From NCBI GenBank assembly GCA_028534125.1, contig CM052818.1, forward strand, positions 15,006,001 through 15,070,000: 64,000 nt of DNA, given 5' to 3'. This DNA comes from Lama glama. Its lineage: Eukaryota. Below the pieces are notes generated by a model. That model saw nothing but the letters and a program-made list of their open reading frames with translations. It did not search any database and was not told the origin of the DNA. The position numbers and the translations under genes are program-made. Position 1 is the first letter of the stretch; the number at the start of each line of letters is the position of its first letter. Below, in pieces: positions 23,050-36,419 of the stretch.

Positions 23050-23700
23050 ACTGTGTTTTGTTTTGAAATAATTTCAGACTTACGGAAATAACAGTAAAAA
23101 GGATTCTTATGTACTTTTCACCCCAAATTTGTTCTTTTGCCTTATTCACTTTATCATTTTTTTCTCCCTGTATATTTATCCATATATTATTTTGGGGGGA
23201 CCTTTTGAGATTAAATTGTGGACATAATGCATCTTTACCCATAAATACTTAAGTGTGAAGTTCCTAAAAGAAATGAAATTCTTTTATAAAACAGCTATAA
23301 AATGATCAAAATCAGGAAGTTAACATTGCTACAGTGCTGTTATTTAATCTATACATTTAACTCACTTTTGCCAGTTGTTTCTCTGATGTGCTTTATAGCA
23401 AAAAAAATTTTTTTTGCTAGTTCAGGATTAAGTCCAGGATTATATATTACATTTAGTTGTTATGTCTCTTTAGCCCCCTGTAATTTAGAACAGTTTTTCA
23501 GTCTCTATCTTTTATGATTTTAACATTTTTGAAGAGTTCAGGCCATTTATTTTGTAGAATATCTTTCAGTTTGGGTTTGTCTGATTTTTTTTTTTCTTAA
23601 TAAAGTACAGATTATGCATTTCTTCAGGACTGCCACAGAAGTAAAATGGTGTCTTAGAACATCTTATTGGGAAAAAAATGATCCGTTACTGGTGATGTTA
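23050..23700 (-). mobile_element. Ancient L1MC-like 3'UTR fragment
   Basis: ttttgaaataatttcagacttac..tttacccataaatacttaagtgtg..tttgtagaatatctttcagtttgggtttgtctgat. Confidence 0.6.
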
Positions 23701-24499
23701 ATTTATAAAAGTATTTTGAATATGTGAAATATATCATTATAAAGATGCTTCATGGAATCCTTGGTATAATATCGGTTGAGTTTGCCAGAGGGGAGATTGT
23801 TTTTTATATAAAGTTTCTTTTTTTTTCCTACGTCCACATTTAACCCACTTTGAATATTCTGTACAACTACATGGTAAGCTTAAGCTTCTGTTGAGGCTAT
23901 GCTATGTACAGTTTCTGTTCTAGTTGCTGCCTTCAAGGGATCTAACATATAGAGGAGTGAACAAAATGAATCAAGTCCTGTAAAAGAATTAGGAGTAAAG
24001 TGTTCAAGATACTGAAAGAGGGAAAAATAAGTCTGTCCTGTGATGACAGAGGAAGATATGTGCAGGATATTGTATTAATAGTAACAATAAGATTTATTCA
24101 GCACTGAGTGTGTGCCAAACCCTGTGTCAGGTGTTTTACATGAATTAACTAGTTTAATTTTCAGAATGGTTCTGTGAGATATGTACTATTATTACTTCCA
24201 CTTTCACTGGTGGGATTTAGGATTAGAAACGCTGTATTTAGGATTAGAAAAGCTATATTTGAGTCTTGATCCTCCTGTTGTCCGTGTATTGGTTAGTATG
24301 GCATTTCTTGAATTCATTCGCTGAAATGTTAATAGATGTTCATTGACAGAAGGATTCCTTATCACAATGTGTTTGGGAAATGCTGTGTTCTATATTCCCC
24401 AGTGTGGAAAAACAAAAAACAGTAGCCATGTAGCTTAACATGTCCCCCCCAGTCTGCGGTATCTTCTGTAGTCTGTGTTAACCTGTTTTAGTATCTTCT

Positions 24500-24690
24500 A
24501 GTTCTTATCACGGGCTGCAGTTATTTCACTTATTTGCTTCTTTGTTTATTGACTTCCCTCACCAGAAAGAACGTTCCACAAGAGCAGGGATTTTATTTAT
24601 CTTGTTCACTGTTGTAACTCCAAAACTCAGATCAGTGCCTGGTATATGGTAGGCATTCAGTAAATTATTTGTTGAGTGAAAGAATGAAGG
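24500..24690 (+). mobile_element. L2 3' end
   Basis: tcttgttcactgttgta..cagtgcctggtatatggtaggcattcagtaaattatttgttgagtgaaagaatgaa. Confidence 0.7.
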
Positions 24691-25937
24691 TCTCTGGGAT
24701 GGCTTCTTACAAAACATCACTTGTTTTAACTTGACAGCATTTGGAATGTATTTGATCATTATACTATTTTTCTTTTGTGGAACACTTAGGAATATCTCAA
24801 AAAGCAATATTCCATGGGACTGTTTGAGAAATGCTAATTTGATCACTTAGTTTACAGTTTCAAAATATAGTAGTTCCATTTATGAAATTCAGTATTATGC
24901 TCATTTATTATATAAGTATTTGGAGAAAATTAGAGATGCAGAGTTTTTAGTGATTTACATTTCAGGATATAGTTAACTTGCTGTTTTTTATGTTAATGAA
25001 GGAAGAGTTGCTAAGATAATTCAAACCAGTGACTAGCTTTAAGTCACTTATTTATAGTAATTGGATTTAGTTAGTTTCTTTGGCAGCAAAACTTACCATC
25101 CTAATTATGTCTTGTATTGGCTAATACAAAAAATAATTTGACTCAAGCAGAGTTTAAGCCCAAGGAGACATAGTACCCAGAGTACTTTTACATGCTCAAA
25201 TACTGCATTAATTGTATAAACTCCTTGTTTGGATGTAGAGTATTTTTAAAAAAGGAAAATACAGCCTGAGGTTTTGCAAGATCATGGTGTTGAAAAATGG
25301 GTATGTGGTTCTTAGGTGCTCTGGGCCCTAGTGTCTGCTCTCTGCCATAAATAGTATGACAGACTTTCACAATCTGCTTTGCTTACCTGTATCTTTCTCC
25401 CTTTTTAAAATAACCGTAGTGATCTGTGTTTCAGTATATAATGGAAGAGATTTTTTTATTAAAAAAAAAATCCAGAATACTTCAAGGTTTGCAACAAACT
25501 ATAGATGATAATCTCTAGGTAAGGAAGAGTGATTGGACTAACTGGATTCAAAGTGAGAAAGGGGGACTTGTATAGAAAGGCCCATCTTATATAGCTTCCT
25601 CCCTCATCTGTAGAATTATCTTCCAAAACTGTTCATTGCTGAAACTTTGCAGTGTGTTGCCCCTCACCCCAAGGGAAGCCATATTCCTTGCATGTTACAG
25701 CACCTGTCCTATGGTCCATTTACCACCTAAACCAGAGCATCAAGAAAATGAATACAGAACTGTGGAAACTTACAGGTAACTGGAAAAAATCAGCAACGTC
25801 AGTGGCATGTGATTATGACTGAATTGAAGGTTAAGTCCAGAAATTTAGGAAATTTACTACTCCACTGTTTATAATGGGAATATGCTCTCTACACAGAACT
25901 CACCAAGATTTTCAGAAAATTTAGTTTGGAAGGGAAC

Positions 25938-25992
25938 TTTTTTTTTAATTGAAGTACAGTTGGTTTACAATGTTGTATTGATTTCTTTGTCA

Positions 25993-26024
<32 letters not shown>

Positions 26025-26113
26025 TGTTTTGTTTTAATGGAGGTACCGGGGATTGAACCCAGGACCTCATGCGTGCTAAGCATGCGCTCTGCCACTGGGC
26101 TATGCCCTCTCCC
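25938..26113 (-). mobile_element. tRNA-derived SINE (Vic-1-like) joined to about 50 nt of L1 3' terminus
   Basis: SINE head at 26040-26113, an A-rich linker, then on the minus strand gaaatcaatacaacattgtaaaccaactgtacttcaattaaaaaaa, which matches L1 tails elsewhere in the window. Confidence 0.85.
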
Positions 26114-27299
26114 ACTGAAAGATAACTTTTCAGTTTGATGGCAGTAAGAATTAAGATGAGAAAACCCCACAAGAAAGGGGAAATTCAGGAAACTTCTTAT
26201 TTTTCCACATGAAAATTTTCTGTATAGAACATCATTTGCTAACATGCAATTTAAAGTTTATGTTTAACAAGGAGTCTACTACCTTATTTCTCTTATTTAC
26301 CCTTGCTTTCTCCTCTCCCCACTCCCTTTCTCTTGCCTCATAAATGCATACACAGTAAATATTCTGAGGATAGGTTTGTAAAACTGCTTTGGAAATAAGA
26401 ATAGCCTTATTTATAAGCATAGTAGATTCTAAGTAAAAATCTAGCTAATTATATAAGAAGTAGATTTTCTCTTTATTTTGCTGTATAAAAAACAACACTG
26501 ATAAATTGGAGGTTCAAATCCAACCCAGTGTGGCTTCATAGAACAATTTCTATGGAAACTGCACAGCATGCAGTTTTGGCTTTTGATGGATTATTTTTCA
26601 TTTTTTGTTCTTCAGAGTCTGCTTAATCTACGTAACCTTCAACATTAAACGTAGCAGTAATGTTTATTAAGAACAAAGTGTTTTATATATAGTGTTATGG
26701 GGGGCTGCCTATATTGTCAGATATGTCGTACTTTAGCTCATGTGGCATATCCTTTAACTCTAACTCTGCTAATATGTTCCAGAGTTGAACAAACCAACCT
26801 GTATTTTACTTTTCACTAGTATTTTCATGGATCAGTGATCATTCATAGAGTTATTTTTCGAGGTGTTAGGAATTTTGAGATTTAGCATTTATGTATTAAA
26901 CATGTATTGTATTAATTAAACTTTATCTTTGGAGTTATTTTTAGATTTTTTCAATGGAAAGATTAATCATGATATAAACATTTTTGAGGGCATATTAGTT
27001 ATTGGAAATAGGAGTTTGAGTTTTCCCAGGTCTGAAGTATGGCTTTTTGCTAAAAAGTTACATTTAAAAAAAATGTTTACCTTCTTGATGTAACTTTATA
27101 TTTAACATCATTCTCTTCTATGTTTTAAGATTATATCATTCCTTAAGGTAAGCAATTATGAAACTAGTATATTTATCACCTTTCTTGGGTTACCTTCCAA
27201 CAATTAAATGTATTTATACAGTATGTCATTTTATTCGTCATATTTGATGTGTAAAGTTAAAATTCCAGCTTTTAAAGGTGAGGAAATCAATATCCTTAT

Positions 27300-27900
27300 A
27301 TTCTCCTTGTGTAACTCTTTTCCTGTTTTCCTTCCTTTCCCAAAATTTGTTAGTTTGTTATATCATATTACATTGTTAGTGGAAATAACATCTTGCATCC
27401 TATTCTGGCATCTTAATACCTTTATTTTATTTTATTCTGATAGTTCTGTGGTTAAATTGCTTAGAAGTTTATCATCAGTTATTTTGCTATGGTTTTTCCA
27501 GTCTTGCTTGGATAACTGAATTCTTCCTTTAGTAGAATCCTCTAAAAGGACCCATGGAAATAATGTTCCCTGAGTTCTTGCATGTTCATAACTAAATATA
27601 GTGATTTTATACTTAGATAACAGTTTGGTTAGGTATATGATCCTTGGGTCACATTTTCTTTGAGAAATTTTTTTACTGGTAATCTCGTGTGTTCTATAGT
27701 TGAAGTTGGAGGACACTACTTTACTTCTCTTTTTTGTGACAGTATTTTTTCCTGTCCTATTTTAGTTTTCTCTGAGGCATGGTGTGCCTTTTATTTATTT
27801 TTCTTATTTTAATAAGTCTTTCTGGAATTTTATAGATTTGTGCATGTTCCTTTGTGATAACTCATGTGAGTTTTTGCTCAAGCTTCACCTTTTTTCGGGA
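27300..27900 (-). mobile_element. Highly degraded L1/HAL1 ORF1-region fragment
   Basis: Minus-strand translation resembles the ORF1 CTD (CDPRIIYLTKLLSKYK..IFS). Confidence 0.5.
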
Positions 27901-28466
27901 GATTTTTAATGGCAAGGAGCTAAAGTCACATTCTAGACTGGCTAGTTTCCGTTTTGACTCACGGTTTTGGGTGTGACTTCATTTAGCCTTTATCTTTCAC
28001 CAGCAGTAGGGCATAGGCAGCTGTGGGGTTTTTGCAACGGAGCTTCCCTTCTGTGTTAGTAGAGACAGACTGTTCTTGCAAATGTAATTTCTTTGTGTAA
28101 TTTCTTACTTAGACTCAGCTCTTCTGACTTTCAGATTTCAATTGTGTCCAGAGACATTTTGCTTGCCAGCTCATGAATCTTATATCCTTCTGCTGGCAGT
28201 TTATGTTTTGTACCTCAGAGGCATCCTCTCACCTTTGAGACACTTACTTTGCTAGCTTTTTCTGAGATGTGCAGTTGAGACATTTTCTCCCACAGGTACC
28301 TAGGGTTGACCTCCATTCTTTTGGAAGCCTCTACTTATTTTTGTTCTGGAGTTTTAGCTGGATCCTAGTTTTACTAAAAATGGAGAGTGTGTTATTGTTT
28401 CTTATTTTCTTTGCTGATTTTGGTAAAATTGCTTTTGGATGCTTTCTAAGAAGAGTAAGGAGAAAA

Positions 28467-28787
28467 AGACACAAAAGAACTTATATACAAAACAGACACA
28501 GACTCATAGACATAGAAAACAAACGTATGATTACCAGGGCAGAAAGGGTTGGAAGGGATAAATTGGGAATTCGGGATTTGCAGATACTAGCTACTATATA
28601 TAAAATAGATGAATAATGAGTTTCTTTTGTATAGCCCAGGGAACTATATTCAATATCTTATAGTCACCTATAGTGAAAAAGAATATGAAAAGGAATAAAT
28701 GTATGACAGAAACATTATACCATACACTGGAAATTGATACAACAGTGTAAACTGACTATAGTTCAATAAAAAATTAAATTTAAAAAA
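28467..28787 (+). mobile_element. 5'-truncated L1 3' end
   Basis: acagactcatagacatagaaaacaaa.. to caataaaaaa. TSD aagagtaag(g)agaaaa at about 28451-28466 and 28788-28802. Confidence 0.9.
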
Positions 28788-30536
28788 AAGAGTAAGAGAA
28801 AATGCTTACTTTATCCACAATATTAAGATTGGAAATCCATGTCAAATTTTAAAGTAAAACAAAATTCTTGATTTCAGTATTTTAATATTCTAGTATATGG
28901 TAGAAATAGACCTAGATGAGCTATTCCCCACCTCTGCCCCACCCATACAGTGCAATTGCTGTTCTCTTTAGGTTCCATAGGTCAGTGATAGTCAAAATGT
29001 CAGTCTGTTGTTACTAAGGGCTTGAGCCTTAGTGTAAATCGATGCACTATTTCCTTCATCAAAGAAGTCTTCTTTCAAGAAAATTACCAGCTGAACTAAA
29101 CAGTGTGCTTAGGGACATAACTGATTTTCATTCAGGTTAAAACTTCTTATTTTGTTGAGGACTGGTAACAGTTGGCAGACCAACAGTCTGTCTATGAACA
29201 ATATTGAGTAGCACTTTCTGTACAGTGTGGATGTGTTCTGTCAAACTGGATCATTACATAGTTAATGCAGTTGTCTCTTCATTCTTCATAATTATTATTG
29301 CCATTGGCCAATTAATTGTAGAACGAGTATCACTGGTTATCATAGCTGAAATAAAAGTGTTGCTTGTATATAAATAGGAGTCCTTGGGATGAGGGATATA
29401 CTTTTTCTCTGATAGGGACTTCTCAGTGTCATGATTTATTTCTCGGAGCCATACTGTGGAGATCATACAGAGGTGGTTCCAGTAAGGCAAATACTGCTAT
29501 ATGAGTACTTCAAAGACGTGAATTGGATACTTACAGAAAGTGGTAGAATTCAGTGTTACAGCTCTAGATGAACGTATAAGTTTGGTGATACACTATCTAA
29601 ATCAAATGTTTCTCTTGACTCTGTTGCTTGAGAAACATGGAAAAATAGGAAGGTGGTGAAATTTTAGGTTTTTGTCTTCTGAGACTTTTATGTGGTTGAA
29701 AGATGTGTTTATCTAATTGGCCATGAGATTCCTCTCTGTCAGAAACAAAGATATGTCATTGGCAACATGTAGAATTAGATTGGAGTACTCATCACAGTCT
29801 TTCTGTTATATTCTCAATGTATGAATTTTGTCTGTGAGGTAATAGTTTTTCCCATCAGTATACATCATTAAGATTGCTAGTCATTGAGCTGACATGAGCT
29901 CTTTTTTATAAGAAAGAATTATAACTTTTCATTAAAATTTTAGAAAAAAAATTTAAATAGCAGTAAAATACTACGTTTCAGACTAAAGATTCATGGCCAA
30001 GACACATTATAGGAATATGTCTGAATATATAGGGAGAGTGGTTTGAAATTATGTTTATATCTTTGATGAGAAAGCCTTACTTTATAACTATTCTGATTAT
30101 AAAAGTTAATTATGGGATACATAACTGGGCAGTCCTACTTACCCAGTGACATTCTTGAAATAATTTTCCATCCTTACCAGTAATATCACCATAGTGAAAG
30201 GTTGTAACTAATGTATGCCGTCTATGGAGTTAGGATAGAATTTTAATAGCTAAAGTCTTAGAAAAACATAAACTCTTGCAGTCACATAGAATAAACATAG
30301 AACTCACAACACTAGAAAAAAAAATCCCTTGTCATTGCAGTCTAGTTTCTTTTCTAGTGCCACCAGGTGTCAGTGTAACCACAGGACCAGAGAATTACCA
30401 CCGTCGATAAAATGACTACAAATGTTCTGTTTTGCTTCATGAAAGAGGTAGGGAAAAAAGTTTTATTCAAATTGGTACACAATGGAAAGATTATTTTATT
30501 GTCGAATTATATAGAAAAATGAAATACATAATGGAG

Positions 30537-30646
30537 AATAGAGTACATGTAGAACTTAAAACATACAGTTAAAAATCATATGTAGATCAAATAGAGTTCA
30601 TGTAGAACTTAAAAGATACAGTTAAAAATTCATATGTAGATCAAAT
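30537..30646. repeat. 53/54-bp tandem duplication (2 copies)
   Basis: aatagagt(a/t)catgtagaacttaaaa(c/g)atacagttaaaaat(t)catatgtagatca occurs twice, with 2 substitutions and 1 indel. Confidence 0.92.
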
Positions 30647-31871
30647 GTACTAATAGAATATGTAGGTGATCTGCTGCTATAACTAGAGGAGATGGACAGC
30701 CTGTGGTTAAAGAGTTCATTAAGCCTTATTGATCATGATGTTGCTCAGTAGAACTGCTGTCAAAATCTGAGCCTTAAAATGAAAGAGTATATTTCTGGCT
30801 TATAGATGTAAAACTCAGCTTACTATGATTTACATTTGGTGCAGAACTTGTCTACAGTAGTTCCCTAGAACACATAGTCACATTAGATATTTAGCCAAAA
30901 GAGCAATTGGTGGGATAATTACATTTTAAAAAGTCCCTCTTTTAGAAATTTATTCTTTAATTAATTCTGTGTTAATAATGTTCATTGTTTACTATTCCTA
31001 GTTAGAGTTTACTCTTCCTACTAAGATTTATCACTTCCATGTATGTATAAGTCTGCCATATTTCTGCAAAATGAGAATCCTATGTTGAGTCCATGCCTTC
31101 TTGAAATCTTTGTGTGGGCTTGTGACTGCACTCCATGTGCTATGTGCCTCAGTTAAGTTTTGATTTGGTTAGAAGTTTTGTGTGGGCCAGCAACTGCTTC
31201 TATTTCCTTAATTTCTTCTTTTCAACAATATTTTGTTATTCTGATTGTGTTTTCCCAGATTACTTCTTTTTTACTCTTAAATATAGGAAATGGAAAAATG
31301 TTTCTTCAAAAATATAAATATCTCCCTAGAAGTTATTGCGGGAAATGATATTCTCGTGTCATTGTTGCTATCTTATACTTTTGCTTTTATGCTTCTTCAG
31401 TACAATAATCTGACCTGTTGTGGGAGGGGCAGTGTCCCTACCATCAGAGCTTCTGGTTTTTCTTTCCTACTATCTTAGCTGGAGTCTTGTAGGTAATACC
31501 TATTTGGATTGAAGGGAGGAAAACCTTTCTCCCCTCTCTCTGTGTGCCCCAGCACTTTGAGCTCTTTCTTCCAAAGTGAAGTGTTTTATTTCATCCTTGT
31601 TCTTTATCCTGGGGCTCTGGTCTCTAGTGGATGCCAGTGTAATACCAGATCCTGTGATTCTGCTTTCTTTTTCTCTCTGAGAGTCTACAGTACTTTTCCA
31701 GGTTCTAGAATTACTCATTTCCTTTCTCTCCTTGGAACACCTGCCCCAAGCCATAGGAGACATAGCTAATGGTCTGGCTCCCTGTCCTCATTGAGAGGCA
31801 TGTATCTTGGAGATAGATATGCCTGGTATTCTAGGTTAAATTCCTATTCAGTTAAATTCTAAACTCTAAAC

Positions 31872-32067
31872 CAGAACTATTCAGTAGAACTTGGAAATGT
31901 CTTATGTCTATACTGTCCAGTATGAAGGTCACTAGTCAAGTGTGACTCTTGAGCACGTCAGATGAAGCTAGTTTGATTGAGGTACTCAAATTTTAATTTA
32001 ATTTAATGTAAGTTAAGTTAATTAAAGAGCCACTCATGACTACTGGCTTCTTTGTTGGAGAGTGCAG
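31872..32067 (+). mobile_element. MER3-like hAT-Charlie MITE
   Basis: cagaactattcagtagaactt..ctgtccagtatg..cactagtcaagtgtgactcttgagcac..ttggagagtgcag follows the recalled MER3 layout. Confidence 0.7.
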
Positions 32068-34099
32068 CTCTTCATACATTCTTAACTGAGCAGTAGTCCT
32101 CTTTGGTTTAAAATGTTAGTCTCCTTTGCCATAGCATGCAGTACTAGGTAGGTCCTATGTAGAGAATTTGAGGGAGCAAAGAAACACCAGCAAAGAAACA
32201 CCAATCAGCTCTGCTTATCAGTGGGATAGTAGAAATTATAGTTGAATTTCCCTCATTATTCTCAATGGATTAGGTGATTGTCAGAGTTCTAAGCTCTAAA
32301 CAGTCTAAGTAACTCTCTTTAGGGTCTGTGAAAACTTGTACAGGAAGTACAAGTACAAGTGGAAGGACAAGAAAGCATAAAGTTTCTGTGTTAACAGCTT
32401 CTGCCTACCTGCAGATCCAGTTCTGTTTTTTGGAAGAGAGAAAAATCTGGCAAGTGAATGACTGTTCATACCGGTAGTGGCCATGGAAAGATAGAGGATT
32501 ATGGGCTTTAGATTCCTTTTATGGGAATGGGAAATAGTGTATTTGTTTGTAAGACATGATCAGTATGTGAGGAGGAAAGATAAACATACATGTTTATTTA
32601 AACTAATAAAACCATTCATAGATCATTATCATGGAGGAAATACATTGGACAATAAATTCGGGAAACCTGAGGGTCTGGACTCTGACTTTGAAGGGAACCT
32701 GGATATGCAGTTCTTGTAGTGCTGGATAACAGTTGCAGTTAATTGGGTTGTTGGACAAAAGGATTGATCCTGCAAAGGGAAGAGGCTGTCCGTAGGGTGC
32801 AGGGGCTGAAGGTGACCAATGTGAGAAGTTTAGTTGGAGGACTGTATTGGTCTTGAGGGAATTGTGATTATGGCCTAACCTCTCATGATTGAAAAGCTAA
32901 AGTATCCTCTCGGTGAAGTTTATTACAAAAAGAAGTTGACCCCAGTTGTATATCAGGGATGGGGATAAGGGGGATTGAGGGAGGGAAAGAAGGAACATTT
33001 ATTGAGCACCTACTATATTTACTTCCATTAATTATTCAATCAACATAAAAGCCCATAGGTAAGTAGATTGCCCTCATTTTGTAAGTGTAAATGAGGTTGA
33101 GGGAATAACTTGCTCACAGCTGAACAGAGTGTCTGACTACACAATTTCTGTCCTTTCCATCACAGTTAGGGTACCACCTTGATCCTAAACTGTAATTCAC
33201 ATATATCTGAGATACCTGAGCAATTGTGTCATGAACTTGTAAGTGGCAAATTACGGGGTAAAATTAATGTTTTTGAGGTGGAGATTTTTATTTGAGTGAT
33301 TGGGTGGTAGAGGGGCTTCTGGGAGATGAGTGGAAGAACAGCCTGGCGTTGCAGCTGCAGATTCATGTTTGAGCCAGTTTGAGAGGAGCTGAAGGCAGAA
33401 GCTGAAGGGTCTGCTTCCAGAGCGACACTAAGAGACACAGGGATATAAGCAGCCCTGCTCTGTAGGAGGCCTCATGACAGAGCCTGTTGCAGGTTAGGGA
33501 ACAGGGCATCCTCTCCACTGCTGCTCAGATGTAGCATGTTACCTGTACAGTGGGCACTGCAGGGAAAGCAGCATCACTTTGGCATCTTGCATATTTCAAA
33601 TTGGGAGATAGATGGCATCTATAGCCTGGGTGACATAATTGTTATTATGCCTGTGCCAGTTATAACCCTCAAGTGGCTTTTATAGTTGAGGGCATCAGGG
33701 ACGTGTCTCAGAGCAGAAGATGACAGGATTATTTAGGGGAGCAGAAATTCTTGGTGCAGTAGAATTTGTCAGGAGATGCAGCTTCCATATTAAGCAAGTG
33801 GGGCTGTGAATTGGTGAAAAAAACAAAAACATTATTGTGTAACACTTAAAATATATAAGAGTAGAGAACATAATATAGTATACTGTGTACCATCAGTGAG
33901 CTATAGCTTTTATCAAGTTGTTTCTTTTATAACCCAATGTCAGGATTTGAAATTTTAGTTAATGGTTAACATGACTTCACTTGTACCTCCAGGCTAGTGA
34001 GTCCCAAAGGAACTCAGGTTAAAGACAGTGTTATATTTTGTTTATTTATATCTCAACTAGTTTCAAAGAGAACTTGGAGTTACTGATGATTAAAGTAAG

Positions 34100-34554
34100 A
34101 GTAAACTACATACCTGCCAGAGTGGCTAAAAAGAAGATTGAAAATACCAAGTGTTTGTGAGGATGTGGAGCAACCAGAAGATGGATTGCTTGTGAGAGTG
34201 TGAATTAGTATAGCCACTTTGAGAAACTATTTGAAAGAATTTACTAAAGCTGAGTAGGTGCATACTCAGTATCCCAGCAATTTCATTCCTAGGCATATAT
34301 TCAACATTAATATGTATCAGTGTTCACTAAAAGACATGTACTCAAGTACTCTCATTGTAGCACTCTGTAACAGCCTCAAACAGGAAGCTATCTAAAATGT
34401 TTCTGCCAACAATAGAGTGGGTAAATAAATTGTGTTCGATTTACACAATGGAATACTATACAGCAGTGAAAATGAATGATCTACAACTAGAGGAAGTGAT
34501 ATTGATAAATCTTACAAACATAACGCTGAACCAGAGAAGCTAGATGTGATAGAG
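34100..34554 (+). mobile_element. Old L1M ORF2 C-terminal fragment
   Basis: aataccaagtgtttgtgaggatgtggagcaac..cccagcaatttcattcctagg..acacaatggaatactatacagcagtgaaaatgaatga. Confidence 0.8.
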
Positions 34555-34556
34555 TA

Positions 34557-35051
34557 CAGATCTTCCTCAACTTAGGATGGGGTTACATCCCAATAAACCC
34601 GTTGTAAGTTGAAAATACTGTAAGTTGAAAATGCACATAATACATCTAACCAAACCATCATAACTTAAGCTAGTCTACCTTAAATGTGCTTAGAACACTT
34701 ACATTAGCCTACAGTTGGGCACAATCATCTAACACAAAGCCTGTTTTGTAATAAATGTTGAGTATCTCACGTTATTTATTTAAACTATACAGAAAGTGAA
34801 AAGCACAATGGTTGAATGGGTACAGAATGGTTCTAAGTGTATCGATTGTTTATCCTCATGATTGTGTGGCTGACTGGGAGCTGTAGTTGGGTGCCACTGC
34901 CCTGCATCATGAGAGATGATCATACTGCCAGCCCAGGAAAAGGTCAAAATTCAAAATTTGAAATACAGTTTCTACTCAATGTGTATCCTTTTGCACCATT
35001 TTAAAGTTGAAAAATTGTTAAGTCAAACCATCTTAAGTTGAGGACCATCTG
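34557..35051 (+). mobile_element. Tc1/mariner Tigger-type MITE (MER47/Tigger5-like), full length
   Basis: 24-bp terminal inverted repeats cagatcttcctcaacttaggatgg and ccatcttaagttgaggaccatctg (21/24 match), flanked on both sides by TA. Confidence 0.9.
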
Positions 35052-36306
35052 TATTTATTTTCTGGCCCTTTACAGAAACAGTTTGCTGATTCCTATTCTT
35101 AATGTTACCAGGTGTAGTTGAGGGGGTCCTGACCAACAGACAGGAAGCCTGAGTTCCAACCTGGTAGGCATTAGCTCTGTGACTTTGGTAACTTTTTATA
35201 TAAGGATGAAGAAGTCAGTCCAACTCTTCCAAAGGAGAGGCTTTGGTAGTAGATAAAAGCTCTAACTACACTTTTCTAAACCACTATTTCTTAATTATTA
35301 ACCATTAAATTTGCTTTATTTTGATATAATTAGCAAGAGCTATAAAAATGCTATTTGCATTTTTTTATTAGAGATGCAGAAATCAGGTCTCAATATTTAT
35401 GATATTAATAGTGGAAATCATTTTTTTGTCTGACTTCTATAGTGTATATAATAATCAAAACAAAATGTTCAGCTTTCACTTTTACACATATCTTTCACAA
35501 CTATCCATATCTTGTGCTAATGTTAAATTAGATTTATGGGGGGGGAAAAGCATAATTTGATGAAATCAGTAAAAGAGGACACAATTTTTAGGCCTCTGTA
35601 GGCATGCAACTATTTCTTCAAAGGATCTACTTTAGCAGCAACTTGGAAGTCATTAGTTTCAGTTACTGTGGTTAAGGAATATGCATTTCTTTAACAACAC
35701 TCTCAAATTTATCTGGAGTCCCCTTTTAGTTCAAATAAGCAAAGTTTTACTATATTTTCACTAGTTGATACTAGAACATCATTTTAACAAAGATTGTTGA
35801 TTATGATGGTAAAAAAAAATCTAAGATGCAGACTTGGAGTATACTGCTTTTAGTTTGCTTGTCAGTGACTATTGTCATTTGTGATCAGATGGTAATAGTA
35901 GCAAGCCTTTCAGTTCTTTTGAGACTTTGTCCAGATTGGTGCTATTTCTTCTGACCTGTTCATCCCATCGCCCTACCAGTTGCATTTTTTAACAAAATAG
36001 AAACATATTGTCTCCATTATCAGAGTATAAATGTTTGCCTCTTGCTTCCATTTCGTCTGTATCTTTTAAGAAGTAATTGAAAATAATTTTTTATGTGTAC
36101 AGAAAGAATGTAGATGTCAATGGATTTGGGCTAAGACAATTGCGATAAATGTTTTGGCATTGCATAAGAAGTTTTGATTTGTTGATAGGAATGATCACAG
36201 CATTGTGAGTTCTGAGGTGAATAAGTGATGAAAACATCACCAAAGTGCCCAGTCCTACAAACATGCGTCTTTACTGACAGTAATTTTTTTGACTGCTGTA
36301 TTGCAG

Positions 36307-36419
36307 CTGTTGAAAATGGACAGATAGATGTGTTAAGGCTGTTGCTTCGATATGGAGCAAATGTTAATGGATCCCATTCTATGTGTGGATGGAACGCCTT
36401 GCACCAGGCTACTTTTCAG
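36307..36419 (+). CDS. ASB3: ASB3 exon 4
   Basis: ttgcag|CT..; encodes (A)[40 protein letters not shown]|gtaacc; 113 nt. Confidence 0.97.

Noticed and set aside
24215..24260. 21-bp tandem duplication (atttaggattagaaa.gct.t), and a 14-bp one near 32177-32204
   Set aside because: Ordinary slippage duplications with no sign of function.
26040..26113. tRNA gene-like sequence (also at about 2910-2982, 18945-19016, 44950-45023 and 51850-51924)
   Set aside because: A/B boxes are present, but A-rich tails, TSDs and divergence between copies show these are SINE heads, not tRNA genes.
33250..33800. Locally GC-richer stretch, possibly a processed pseudogene or hidden exon
   Set aside because: The frames I examined are interrupted by stops, and I saw no recognisable homology, poly(A) tail or TSD. 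A BLAST or Dfam search would be needed to say more.
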